DNA of 64,000 bases from the human T2T-CHM13v2.0 reference genome, Homo sapiens: NCBI RefSeq assembly GCF_009914755.1, contig NC_060947.1. The stretch is one strand, 5' to 3'. The notes below the pieces were generated by a model. It saw only the letters and a program-made list of their open reading frames with translations, did no database searches and was not told the origin of the DNA. The position numbers and the translations under genes were made by a program. Positions within the stretch are counted from its first letter, which is position 1; every line of letters starts with the position of its first letter. Positions 35,028 through 51,333 of the stretch are shown here, piece by piece.

Positions 35028-36574
35028 TGAACTTAACATTTATGTGTTCCCTGGAGTAGTATGTTTAATTTTCCTTAAGAACTTTTTTTGCATTTAAAAC
35101 TTGCAACATTTATGTGCACAAAGTTTCTTTTTATGTGCTGAATGTTTTGAAAACAATTCTTTGGAAATTATACTTTTCTGCCTTGTATTATTTCTGTTAT
35201 TATTTCCTAGGATAGGTTTGTATACATATATGCATTTAAGACGATATAGCTCTTCTTCACTCATGAATTATAAAATTCTACTTTCAAAATGCCATCTTAT
35301 CTATGTTATTTTGGTAAGATGGGTTTTAGTGGATTTCTTGATTTGGTTGCTTAATTTTCTAAGTAATGTGCTTCCTATGGCACACTGCCAATTGCCCAAC
35401 CACTGCTACACTTACTAGAATTATAAATGGACTGCTTTCTGTTTAACAGTTTATGTACCCTTTAATCATGGATGTGGGTATAATAATAACTCTCTTCTAA
35501 GATGTCCAATAGCTTGCTGATGTAGTCAAGCCAGATACGTCTCTGGGAGTGTCTTTCCTTCCATATTTAATACTCTCATAATAATCAAGGATATAAACAA
35601 CAGAAAGTAATGAGCAGCTTTCTTAAGTTACAAAAATATTCTCAGCTGTTCAATCCCTCTGCCATTACTGTTATTGGTCAAGTTTCCTCTCTTACTAATT
35701 TTAAACAATTATATTTTTCCAGGACAAAATGTTTTTTTTCCAAACATAGATTGTAAATTTTAAAATAAAATATGATTTATGTAATTTATTATTTTAATTT
35801 TGTTATTTTTGTGAAGTTCATGGCATATTGAATGCTTGTGTTTGATCAAAAGTGAAGGAATTAAATACCACCAGATATTCTACTCTGAAGAACTTTTTTC
35901 ACTTCTTTCCATAGTTTTAAAAAACATAATATGGTAATTAAAAACAACACATTAGACTCTACACTGATATGTATGGACAGAAAAAGACTCCCCAAGGCCT
36001 TTACTCTCATTTTAAATTGAATAGTTTTATAGAGGACAAAGATAGTTCTAGATGTAGGTTTTAACCAGACCAAGCAAATGAAACCAGAAATTATCAAAGG
36101 TACCATATAAAATGGCAGAAAACTGGAGTATAGTTCTTTTAAATGGTATTCATACATTTTTATGTTGAAATAAAAATTATCTTTTCAAAATAAATCATAT
36201 TTGACACTTGTTAGAGGTAGACATAGATTTTCAGAAAAAATTCTTTCTTAGAATAGGTAGAAATAAGAAATAAGGGAAAAGAGAAGTTGACTAGTTGACC
36301 AAACAAACAAGGGTGAAGGTAGTAAGTTACTTCTTCCACAGAACAGCTTTAATTATGACAAGTGACAATTAATCCAGGCTCTCTCCACTTATGAAGTATC
36401 TTGAAAATGGCCTATCTTAACCCTCATCACAGATTTCCAAATGGAAACTTAGAAACCCATTCATTAATTCTTCTCCTTTATTTATATGGTATGGCCTATT
36501 AAGTCTACCACTTAACTCTAGAATTCCTTCATCTTGGAGATCCAGAGTACCATTGTATTATATTTCCTCTAGTC

Positions 36575-37400
36575 ACCTGAACTAAATAAAAATGAAAACA
36601 TGACATAGCAAAATTTATAAGATATGGATAAAGCAGTTGTTAAAAAAACAATAATAAACACTTACATTAGAAAATAAGAGAAGTCTTAAATCCATGACCA
36701 GAACTTCTACCTTAACAAACTAGAAAAAAACATAAAATAAAAAGTAGGCAAAAAATATTGTAAAGATATAACGAAAAATTAATTAAATGGAAAAAAGAGA
36801 AGTGAAACCACAAGCTGGTTTATTGAAAAGATGATAGATAAATAGATGATAGATAGGTAGATAAATAATAAAAATTACCAATAGTAGGAATATGACGAGA
36901 TATTACTATAAACTAGGCTGACATTATAATGATAATAGATAGAAAACTTAATGCATTTGGCAACATAAACAAAATAGACAAATTTTTTGGAAGAAAGAAA
37001 ATGCCAAAACTCACACAAGAAAAAAAATACGTAAGTGAATAGCTCTACAATCTTTCTTTTAAATGGCAGTTTAGCAAAAACTTTTTCTCACAAAGAAAAC
37101 TGTAGGCTCAAATGGTTTTCAAACACTTAGGGAAGAAACAATAATTCTACACAATTTTTTTCCAGAAAATATAAGGTGAGTAGAAACTCCCTAACTCATT
37201 CTATTAGCCCAACATTATCCTCAAAACAAAACTAGGGAAATACATTACAAGAAATTAAAACTATAGACAAATATCCATAATGAACATGTACATAACCATT
37301 CTTAACAAAATTTTAACAAATTAAGACCATCTACATACAACAATGATAACACACCATGATGATGCAGGGTTTATCTCATGAAAGCAAATGAACTTAACAC
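36575..37400 (+). mobile_element. Old L1M ORF2 fragment containing a (TAGA)n tract near 36832-36865
   Basis: A-rich ORF2-like sequence: CCCTAACTCATTCTAT, AACTATAGACAAATATCC, CACCATGAT...GGGTTTATC. Confidence 0.7.
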
Positions 37401-37422
37401 TTTTTAAAAATAAAAAATACAA

Positions 37423-41205
<3,783 letters not shown>

Positions 41206-41219
41206 TGAATCATCTTTTT

Positions 41220-41525
41220 TTTTTAATTATACTTTAAGTTTTAGGGTACATGTGCACATTGTGCAGGTTAGTTACATGTGTATACATGTGCCATGCTGGT
41301 GCGCTGCACCCACTAACTCGTCATCTAGCATTAGGTATATCTCCCAATGCTATCCCTCCCCCCTCCCCCCACCCCACCACAGTCCCCAGAGTGTGATATT
41401 CCCCTTCCTGTGTCCATGTGATCTCATTGTTCAGTTCCCACCTATGAGTGAGAATATGTGGTGTTTGGTTTTTTGTTCTTGTGATAGTTTACTGAGAATG
41501 ATGATTTCCAATTTCATCCATGTCC
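41220..41525 (-). mobile_element. Young L1PA2-like 3' fragment (about 305 bp)
   Basis: Perfect TSD TCATCTTTTT (41210 and 41526) followed by AA (TTTT/AA EN site). GGGAATATCACACTCTGGGGACTGTGGTGG; GAG rather than ACA. Confidence 0.95.
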
Positions 41526-43481
41526 TCATCTTTTTAAAGTGCTCTTGAATTTGGTTTGCTAGTATCTTTTTGAGGATTTTTGTTCCTGTGTTCACGAAGG
41601 ATATTGGTCTGTCATTTTCTTTTCTTGCAATGTAGTTGACAATCTTAGATATCACAGTAATACTGACCTCATTAAGGGTTTAGAAGTATTCTCTCTTCTG
41701 CATTAAAAAATTATTGGGAATATTGGTAATAGTTCTTTAAATATTTGGTAACATTCAGCAGTGAGGCCATCAGGTCTTGGGCTTTCCTCTAATGGGAAAT
41801 ATTAATTACTGATTCAAAGTTTTTACCGTTTATTTATCTGTTCAAACTTTCTGTTTCTTCTGGATTAAGTATTGGTATGTTATATGTGTCTAGGTATTTC
41901 CACATGTTTTCTAGGTTATATAATTTGTTGACATTCATATTATTCTTTTAAGATCCTTTATATTTCTGTGATATCAGTTATAATGTCTCCTCTTTAATTT
42001 TTTGTTTTTATTTGACAAATTCTCTTTTTTTGTTATTTTAGAGCTTCCTTCCTTTTGATATAGGTATTTATTGCTGTAAATTGCTCTCATATGACTACTT
42101 TTGCCTCATCCCATAGGTTTTGTTCTTTTGTGCTTACATTTTTGTTTTTCTAAAGGTATTGTTTTTATTTCTCCATTAATTTCTTCTTTTGTCCATTGGT
42201 TGTTCAATAGCATGTTGTTTAATCCCACATATTTTTGAATTTTCCAAAACTTTTCTTATTATTGATTTCTACTCTCATACTATTGTGGTCAGAAATGATA
42301 TTTGATATCTAAATCCTCTTAAATTTGTTCAGACTTGTATGCCCTAACACATGATATATCCTGGAGAAACTTTTATGTAAACTTGAGAAGAATGTGTACT
42401 CTGTTGCTGCCTGATGGAGTGCTCTGTATCTATTTTTATAACCATTTTTGGTCTAAAGTGCTGTTTGAGAGGTGTTCTATTTGCTTTTTTATCTGGAAAA
42501 ATTGTCCATTGTTGAAAATGGGGTACTGAAGTCTTGTAGTATTTTTGTAGTACAGTCTATCTCTCCTTTCAGAGTCTCATATTATATATATATATATATA
42601 TACACATATATATTTTATATTTATAATATGTGTGTGTGTTAGTTCCAATGTTGTGTTCATATATTTACAATTGTTATATCCTGTTGATGAATTGACACCT
42701 TGATCATTATAAAACGACCTTCTTCATCTCATTATGCAATTTTTGGCTGAAGATCTCTATTGTCTCAGGTAAGTATATCTACTCCGCTCACTTTTGGTTT
42801 CCATTTCCATGAAATATATTTTTCCACTCTTTCACTTTCAGTCTATTTGTTTCCTTAAATTTAAGGTATCTTTCAGGCAGCATAAAGTTGTGTCTTGTCT
42901 TTTTTATCCATACAGCTATTCCATGTCTTTTCATTGGATAATTTAATCTATTTATATTCAAAGTAATTATTGATAGGTAAGGACTTACCACTGCCCTTAT
43001 TTAATTTAGTTTTGGTTGTTTGGGTTATACTGTGTTTTGTTCTTTCTCTCTTGGTGTCTTTCTTTGTTATTTGATGATTTTCTGTAGTGATATTCTCTGA
43101 AGCTTTTCTTTTTTTTAATCAGTCAGATTTTCAATCTTTATTTTTATTTAATTAGAATTTTAGAGTAGATGTGTTCATGGTCTAAATTTTATATCACTAA
43201 ACAACTGTATCAAATTGTCAGTGCTTTATTTTTATTCAATAGGTTTGGGGGAATAGGTGGTGTTTGGTTGCATGGAAAACTTCTTTAGAGATGATTTCTA
43301 AGATTTTCGTGCACCCATCACCTGAGGAGTGGACACTGTACCAATGGGTAGTCTTTTATCCTTCACCCCCTTACGACCCTTCACTTTGAGTTCCCAAAGT
43401 CCATTATATCATTCTTAGGTGTTATGCATCCTTATAACTTAGCTGCCATTTAAATGTGAGAAAATACGATGTTGGGTTTTT

Positions 43482-43738
43482 TTATTCCTTAGAATAAATG
43501 GTCTCCAATTCCATTTATTCACTTAGAATAATAATCTCCAATTCCATTATTCACTTAGAATAATGGTCTCCAATTCCATTATTCACTTAGAATAATGGTC
43601 TCCAATTCCATTATTCACTTAGAATAATGGTCTCCAATTCCATTATTCACTTAGAATAATGGTCTCCAATTCCATTATTCACTTAGAATAATGGTCTCCA
43701 ATTCCATTATTCACTTAGAATAATGGTCTCCAATTCCA
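43482..43738. repeat. Minisatellite, 8 x 32 bp (TTATTCACTTAGAATAATGGTCTCCAATTCCA)
   Basis: Counted directly; copies 3-8 are identical. Confidence 0.97.
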
Positions 43739-43779
43739 TCCAGGTTGCTGCAAATGCCACCATTTTGTTCCTTTTTATG

Positions 43780-43833
43780 ACTGAGTAGTATTCCACTATA
43801 TGTGTATATACATATAGTGGAATACTACTCAGT
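43780..43833. repeat. Inverted repeat with 24-bp perfect arms and a 6-nt centre, followed by a (TA/CA)n tract to about 43920
   Basis: ACTGAGTAGTATTCCACTATATGT gtatat ACATATAGTGGAATACTACTCAGT. Confidence 0.97.
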
Positions 43834-43845
43834 ATATATATAGTG

Positions 43846-43877
<32 letters not shown>

Positions 43878-45289
43878 TATATATATACATATATATATAT
43901 ATAATATATGTATATATACACCACATTTCCCTCCTTGGTTAGTGAGCACTTAGGCTGGTTCCATATTTTAGCAATTATGAATTATGCTGCTACAATCGTG
44001 CATGTGCAAGTGTTTTTTCATATAATGACTTCTTTTCCCCTGGGTAGATTTCCAGTAGGGGAATTGCTAGATGAAGTGGTAGTTCTACTCCTAGTTCTAA
44101 AAGGAATCTCCACACTGTTTTCCATAATGGTTGTACTAGTTTACATTCCCACCAGCAGTGTACTAGTGTTCTTTTCTCACCACATCTACAATAATATCAG
44201 TTATTTTTTGATTTTTTAATTCGAGGCATTCTGGCAAAAATAAGGTAGTATCTAATTGTGGTTTTGATTTGTATTTCCCTGATAGGTAGTGATGTTGAGC
44301 ATTTTTTCATATGATTGTTGGCCATTTGTATATCTTCTTTTGAGAATTGTGTATTCATGTCCTTTGCCCTATTTTTGATGGGATTGCTTTTTCTTGTTGA
44401 TTTGTTTGAGTTCCTTGTGGGTTCTAGACATTTGTCCTTTGTCAGATGCTTAGTTCTTGAATATTTTCTCCAATTCTGTGCATTGTTTGTTTACTCTGCT
44501 GATTATTTCTTTACCTGTGCAGAAGCTTTTTAGTTTAATTAGGTCCCATCTACTTATTTTTGTTTTTGTTGCATTTACTTTTGGCTTTTGGTCACAAAAA
44601 CTTTGCCTAAGCCAATATTAGAAGAGTTTTGCGGATGTTATCTTTTAGAATTTTTATGGTTTCTCGTCTTAGATTTAAGTCTTTGATCCATCTTGAGTTG
44701 ATTTTTGTGAAAGGTGAGAGATGAGGATCCAGCTTCATTCTCCTACACGTGGCTTGCCAATTATCCCAGTACCATTTGTTGAATGGGGTGTCCTTTCCCC
44801 AATTTATGTTTCTGTTTGCTTTGTCAAAGGTCAGTTGGCTATAAGTATTTGGCTTTATTTCTTGGTTCCCTATTCTTTTTCATTGGTCTACATGTCTATT
44901 TTTATACCAGTACCATGCTGTTTTGGTAACTATAGACTTAACAGTATAGTTTGAAGTCGGGTAATGTGATACCTCCAGATTATTTTAATGGAGCTTTTCT
45001 ACTTATGGTTTATGCATCTAGCATAATATTTGTGATACGATACCATAAGAAATACGTAAATCATTTTGTACTTGTTTTTTCTTTAACCATTGTACTAGAG
45101 TAAAATTTGCTGTACATTCCACAATTATCACTGAAGTCTATCCTGAATATGGTTCTGTGGTGCTAATATGATTGAGTTTTTAATTTTTATATGTTTTATG
45201 TTATTAACTAGTAATCTCTTATTTCAGCTCAAATAACACACTTTTGTCATTTCTGTTAGGCAGGTGTAGTGGTCATAAACTCCCTTAGC

Positions 45290-48200
45290 TTTTTTTTTTC
45301 TAACTTTTATGTTAGTTTCTGGGGTACATATGCAAGTTTGCTACATAATTATACTGTATGTCACAGGGGTTTGTCTACAAATTATTTCATCACCCAGGTA
45401 GTAAACATAGTACTCAATAGTGCTGTATTTTGATTCCCACCCTTCTCCTACCCTCCACCCTACTGGAGGCCCAAGTGTCTGTTTTTCCCTTCTTTGTGTT
45501 CATATGTACTCAGTGTTTACCTTCCACTTATAAGGGAGAACATGTGGTATTTGGTTTTCTGTTTCTGTGTTAGTTTCCTTAGGATAGTAGCCTCCAGCTC
45601 TATTCCTGTTACTGCAAAGGACGTGCTCTCATTCTTTTTATGGTTGCATCTTATTCCATGGTGTTTAAGTACCACATTTTCTTTATCCAGTCTACTATTG
45701 ATGGGCATTCAGTTTGGCTCCACATCTTCACTACTGTGGGTAGCACTGCAATGAACATACCTGTGCATGTGTCTTTATAGTAGAACAATTTATATTCCTT
45801 TTGGTATATACCCAATAATGGGATTGTTATATCAAACAATAATTCTGTTTTAAGTTCTATGAGAAATGGCCAAACTGCTTTCCACAATGACTGAACTGGT
45901 CTATATTCCCACCAGCAATGCACAAGAATTCACTTTTGTCCACAACCTTGCCAGCATCTGTTATTTTTTGACTTTTTAATAGTAGCCATTATGGCTGGTT
46001 TGAGATGGTATCTCACTGTGGGTTTTATTTGCATTTCTCTAATGATTAGTGATGTTGAGCATTCTTTTCATATGCTTTTTGGCTGCATGAATGTCTTTTT
46101 TTGAGAAGTGTCTGTTCATATACTTTGCCCACTTTTTGACGAAGTTGTTTTTCTTTTTCTTTTTTCTTTTTCTTTTTTTTTTTTTTGCTTGTAAATTTAA
46201 ATTTCTTATAGACCCTGGAAGTTAGACTTTGTTGGATGCATACTTTGCAAGTATTTCCTCCCATTCTGTAAATTGTCTGTTGCCTTTGTTGAGAGTTTTC
46301 TTTGCTTTACAGAATATATTTAGTGTAATGAGGTCCCATTTGTTAATTTTGTTTGAAATTGTTTTTGATGTTTTTGTCATGAAATGGTTGCCAGGCCCTA
46401 TATCCAGAATGGTGTTTCCTTGGTTATCTTCCAGGGTTTTTTTTTTTATACATTTTCATTTTAGATTTAAGTCTTTAATCCATCTTGTTAATTTTTGTAT
46501 ATGATTAAGAAAGGAGGGCAGGTTCAGTCTTCTGCATATGGCCTAGTCAGTTATCCCAGCACAATTTATTAAATAGAAAGTCTTTCCCCATTGTTTGTTT
46601 TTGTAAATTTTGTGCAAGATCCAAATGCTTGTAGTTGTGTGGTCTTACTTCGAGGGTCTTTATTTTTTTTCCACTTGTCTATGTATCTGTTTATCTACCA
46701 GTACCATGCTGTTTTCATTACTCTAGCCTCGTAGTATAGTTTTAAGTTGAGTAATGAGATGCCTCCAGCTGTAGTCTTTCTGCTTAGTATTGCCTTGGCT
46801 ATTCAAGCTTTTTTATGGTTTCATATGAACTTTAAAATGTTTTCTTCTAATTCTGTGAAAAATGTCTTTGGGGGTTTGATAGAAATATTGAATCTGTAAA
46901 TTGCTTTGGGCAATACGGCCATTTTGACAATATGATTCTTTCTCTCCATGAACATGAGATGGTTTTCCATTTGTTTGTGCCACCTCTGATTTATTTGAGC
47001 AAAGTTTTGTAATTCTCACTGTAGACTTCTTTTATCTTTTGGTTAGCTATATTCCTATGGATTTTATTTTTCTTGTGGCTATTGTGAATACTATTGCATT
47101 CTTGATTTGGCTGTCAGCTTTGATGTTGTTGGCATATAGGAATGCTGCTGATTTTTGTACCTTGATTTTGTATCCCAAAAGTGTGCTGAATTTGTGTATC
47201 CAATCAATGAGCTTTTGGGCAAAGACTATGGGGTTTCTAGGTATAGAATAATATCATCGGCAAAGAGAGATATTTTGATTTCCTCTCTCCCTATTTGGAT
47301 TCCTTTAATTTCTTTTTCTTTCCTGATTGCTCTGGCTAGGATTTCCAGTACAGTGTTGAATAGATGTGGTATGAGAGGTCATCTTTGTCTTGTTTCAGTT
47401 TCAAGAGGAATACTTCCAGCTTTTTCCCGTTCAGTATGAGGTTAGCTGTCAGTTTGTCAAAGATGGCTCTTATTATTTTGAAGTATGTTCACTCAATTTC
47501 TAGTTTGTTGAGGATTTTTAACATGCAGCAATGTCGAATTGTATAGAAAGCGTTTTCTGCATCTCTATTGAGATGATTGTGGGTTTTATTTTTGTTATAT
47601 TTATGTGATTAACACATTAATTGATTTATGTATGTTGAACCAAACTTGTATCACAGGGAGAAAGCCTACTTGTTCAGAGTGAATTAGTTTTTTTTTTTTT
47701 TTTTTCTGAAGTGTCACACTGTTGCCCAGGCTGGAGTGCAGTGGTGCGATCTCCTGCCTCAGCCTCCCGATTAGCTGGGACTACAGGTGCCTGCCACCAC
47801 GCCAAGCTAATTTTTTGTATTTTTAGTAGAAATGGGGTTTCACCATGTTAGCCAGGATGGTCTCGATCTCCTGACCTTGTGATCTGTCTGCCTCAGTCTT
47901 CCAAAGTGCTGGGATTACAGGCATGAGCCACAGTGCCCAGCCATGAATTAGCTTTTTGATGTGCTGCTGTATTCAGTTTGCTAGTATCTGGTTGAGTATA
48001 TTTGTATCAAAGTTTATCAAAGAGATTGGCCTTTTTGTTTTTTGTTGTGTCTCTGAAAGGTTTCACTGTTAGGATGATGTTGGCCTCATAGAATGAGGTG
48101 GTTTCAGTGGAAATGGTACCACCTCTTCCTTATACATCTTGTAGTATTTAGCTGTGAATCTTTCTGGTCCTGGGCTTTGTCTGGTTGGTACATTCTTATT

Positions 48201-48524
48201 ACTGATTCAGTCTTGGAACTTGTTATTGATCTGCTCAGGGTTTTAATGTCTTCCTGGTTCAATCTTGGGAGGTTGTATTTTTTTAAGGATTTAGCTAATC
48301 TTCTACATTGTGTAGCTCGTAGGCATAGAGGTGTTTGTAATAGTCTGTGTGGATTTTTTTGTATATCTGTGGGTTCAACAGTAAGGTCCCCTTTGTCATT
48401 TCCCATTATGTTTATTTGGATCTTCTCTCTTCTTTTTTCCTACTCTATCCAGCACTATATGTATCTCATCAACTCTTTCAAGAAACCAACTGGTGGATTC
48501 ATTAATTGTTTAAATTTTGTTTTC
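45290..48524 (-). mobile_element. 5'-truncated L1PA15/16-like element
   Basis: Poly-T, 3'UTR and ORF2 fragments (HCWWEY..., KKYNLPRLNQED). Confidence 0.88.
47688..47942 (-). mobile_element. Alu (AluY/Sc-like) with an internal deletion of about 40 bp
   Basis: TTAGCCAGGATGGTCTCGATCTCCTGACC; TSD TGAATTAG. Confidence 0.93.
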
Positions 48525-50024
48525 AATCTGGGCAAGTTTTTCTTTCTTCCTCACTTCTGAAGAACAGCTTTGCTAGGTAAAAGTATTCTTGTTAGGCAGT
48601 TTTTTCTCTTTTGATACTTTGAAGACACAATCCCACTATCTGCTGGCCTACAGGGATTTTGCTGAGAAATTGACTGATAATCATAAAGGAACTCCCCTAC
48701 ATGTAATCTCTTTCTTATCTTTTGCTGCTTTCAGCAATTTTTGTCTTTGATTTTTGATAGTTTGATTATAATGTATCTTAGTGCAGTCCTCTTTCAGTTA
48801 AATTTGGCTGACAATCTCTAAGATTTTTGTTCCTAGATGTTGGCACATTTGCCCAGATTTAGGACCTTTTCAGCCATTATTATTATTATTATATCAATAA
48901 CTTTTGGAGTACAATTAGTTTTTGGTTACATAGATGGATTATATAGTGGCAAATTCTGCAATTTTATTGCACCCGTCACCTGAGTAGTGTACATGGTACC
49001 TATTAGGTAGTTTTTTTTTAAATCCTGGGTGCCTTTGTTACCCTCCTACTTCTGAGTCTCCAAAGTCCCTTATATTACTCTGTATGCCTTTGTGTACTCA
49101 TAGCTCAGCTCCCGCTTGGAAGTGAGAACATACAGTTTCTGGTTTTCCACTTCTATGTTACTTCACTTAGAATAATGGGCCCCCAGCTTCGTCCAAATTT
49201 CTGCAAAAGACATTTATTTCATTACTTTTAATGGCTGAGTAGTGTTTCATGGTGAATGTGTACCACATTTTCTTTATTCACTTTTTAGTTGATGGACACT
49301 TAGATTAGTTCGACATCTTTGTAATTGTGAATGGTGCTGCCAGAAACATATATGTGCAAGTGTCTTTTTTATACAATGACTTCTTTTCCTTTGGGTACAT
49401 ATTCAGTAGTGAGATTGCTGCATTCAATGGCAGATCCACTTATAGCTCTTTAAGGAATATCCATACTGTTTTCCAAAGAGGTTTAGGAATTTACATTCTC
49501 ACTAGCAGTGTATGTGTGTTCCTTTTCCCCACATACATGTCAACATCCATTGTTTTTTGTCTTTTTAATAATAGCTATTCTTTCGGGAGTACGGTAGTAT
49601 CTCACTGTGTTTTTAATTCGCATTTCCCTTATGATTAATAATGTTGAGCATTTCTTCATATATTTGTTTGCCATTTGTATATTTTCTTTTAAGAAATGTC
49701 TATTCGTGTTCTCTGTCCACTTTTTAATGGGATTATTTGATTTTTTTCTTTGTCATTTGCTTGAGATCCTTATAGATTCTGGATATTAGTTTGTTGTCGA
49801 ATGTGTAGTTTGCAAATATTTTCTCCTGCTCCGTAGGTTGTCCTTTTCTTCTGTTGCTTATTTATTTTGACTTGCAGATGCTTTTCTGTTTATTTGGGTC
49901 TCATTTGTTTATTTTTGTTTTTGTTGCATTTGCTTTTGGGGTCACAGTTATAAATTATTTGCCTAAGCCAATGTCTAGAAGAGTTTTTCCAAAGTTGTCT
50001 TCTAGAAATTTTAGGGTCTCAGGC

Positions 50025-50405
50025 TGTATCAGTTTGCTTTTATAATGCTATAAAGGACTACCTGAAACTGGGTAATTTATAAAGAAAAGATGTTTAATTG
50101 AGTCACAGTTTAGTATGGGTGGGGAAGCCTCAGGAAACTTACAATCATGGAAGAAGGTGAAGGGAAAGCAATGCACCTTCTTCACAAGGCAGCACAAAGG
50201 AGAAGTGCTGAGTGAAGAGGGAAGAGGCTCTAATAAAGCCGTCAGGTCTCATGAGAACTCAGTCAATATCACAGGACAGGGAAACCATCCCCATGATTAA
50301 ATTACCTTTACCTGGTCTCTCCCTTGACACATGGGGTTTATGGGAATTATGGGGATTACAATTCAAGATGAGAATTGGATGGGGGCATAAAGCCTAGCCA
50401 CATCA
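50025..50405 (-). mobile_element. THE1C/D solo LTR
   Basis: 381 bp, TG...CA termini, perfect TSD CAGGC (50020 and 50406). Confidence 0.93.
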
Positions 50406-51099
50406 CAGGCCCAATATTTAAGTCTTCAAACCATCTTGAGTTGATTTTTATATATGATGAGAGATAAGGATCCAGTTTCATTCTTCCACATGTGGCTTGC
50501 CAGTTTTCCCAGCACCATTTATTGAATATGATGTCCATTCCTTAATTTATGTTTTTCATGTTTTGTCAAAAATTAGTTGGCTGTACATATTTCATTTTAT
50601 TTCTAGGCTTTTTATTATGTTCCATTAGTCTATGTGCCTGCTTTTATACCAGCTCCATGCCGTTTTGGTAACTATAGCCTTGTATTATAGTTTCAAGTTC
50701 AATAATGTGATGCTTCCAGATTTGTTCTTTTTGCTTAGAATTACTTTGGCTATTTGTGCTGTTTTTGGTTCCATTTGAATTTTAGAATTTTCTTTTTTAA
50801 ATTCTGTGAAAAGTGACATTGATATTTTGATGGGGATTATATTGAATCCATAGATTGTTTTGGGAAGTATGGTCATTTTCACAATATTGAGTCTTCCAAT
50901 TCATGAGCATGAGATGTGTTTCCATTTGTTTAGGTCATTTATGATTTATTTCAGCAGTATTTTATAGTTCTCCTTGTAGAGATCTGTCATCTCTTTGATT
51001 ATCAGCTTGGTCATTTTTGGTGGGGCTAACAATGTGTGTACATTGATTTTGTAACTTGAGACTTTATTGAATTTGTTTATGAAATATAAGGGTCTTTGG

Positions 51100-51333
51100 A
51101 AGGCCTTATATTTATAAGACCTTCCTTATACAATATAAGGCCTTATATTTATAAGGCCTTCCTTATACAATAGAATAATTGTATATAAATATACAATTAT
51201 TCTTCCTTATACATAAATCTTCCTTATACAATAATCTTCCTTATACAATAGAATATATTGTATATATATTATACAATATATATAATAAATACATATTGTA
51301 TATTTAGATACAATATATTATATTGTATCTAAC
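51100..51333. repeat. AT-rich insert of short direct and inverted repeats inside L1 RT
   Basis: Repeated CTTCCTTATACA units and three perfect hairpins. Confidence 0.9.

Larger units (their letters stand above)
43110..44988 (-). mobile_element. 5'-truncated L1PB1-like element with a 3'-transduced segment
   Basis: 3' end TTCAATAGGTTTGGGGGAATAGGTGGTGTTTGGTT from about 43235. TSD TG(A/G)AGCTTTTCT at 43098 and 44989. Confidence 0.88.

Noticed and set aside
35400-36570. Non-repeat AT-rich stretch as a possible exon (also 61230-61950)
   Set aside because: No convincing ORF, splice pair or recognisable homology by eye; conservation data would be needed.
43482-43738. CRISPR-like array of 32-bp repeats
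   Set aside because: No spacers, the unit is L1-derived, no cas genes, primate DNA.
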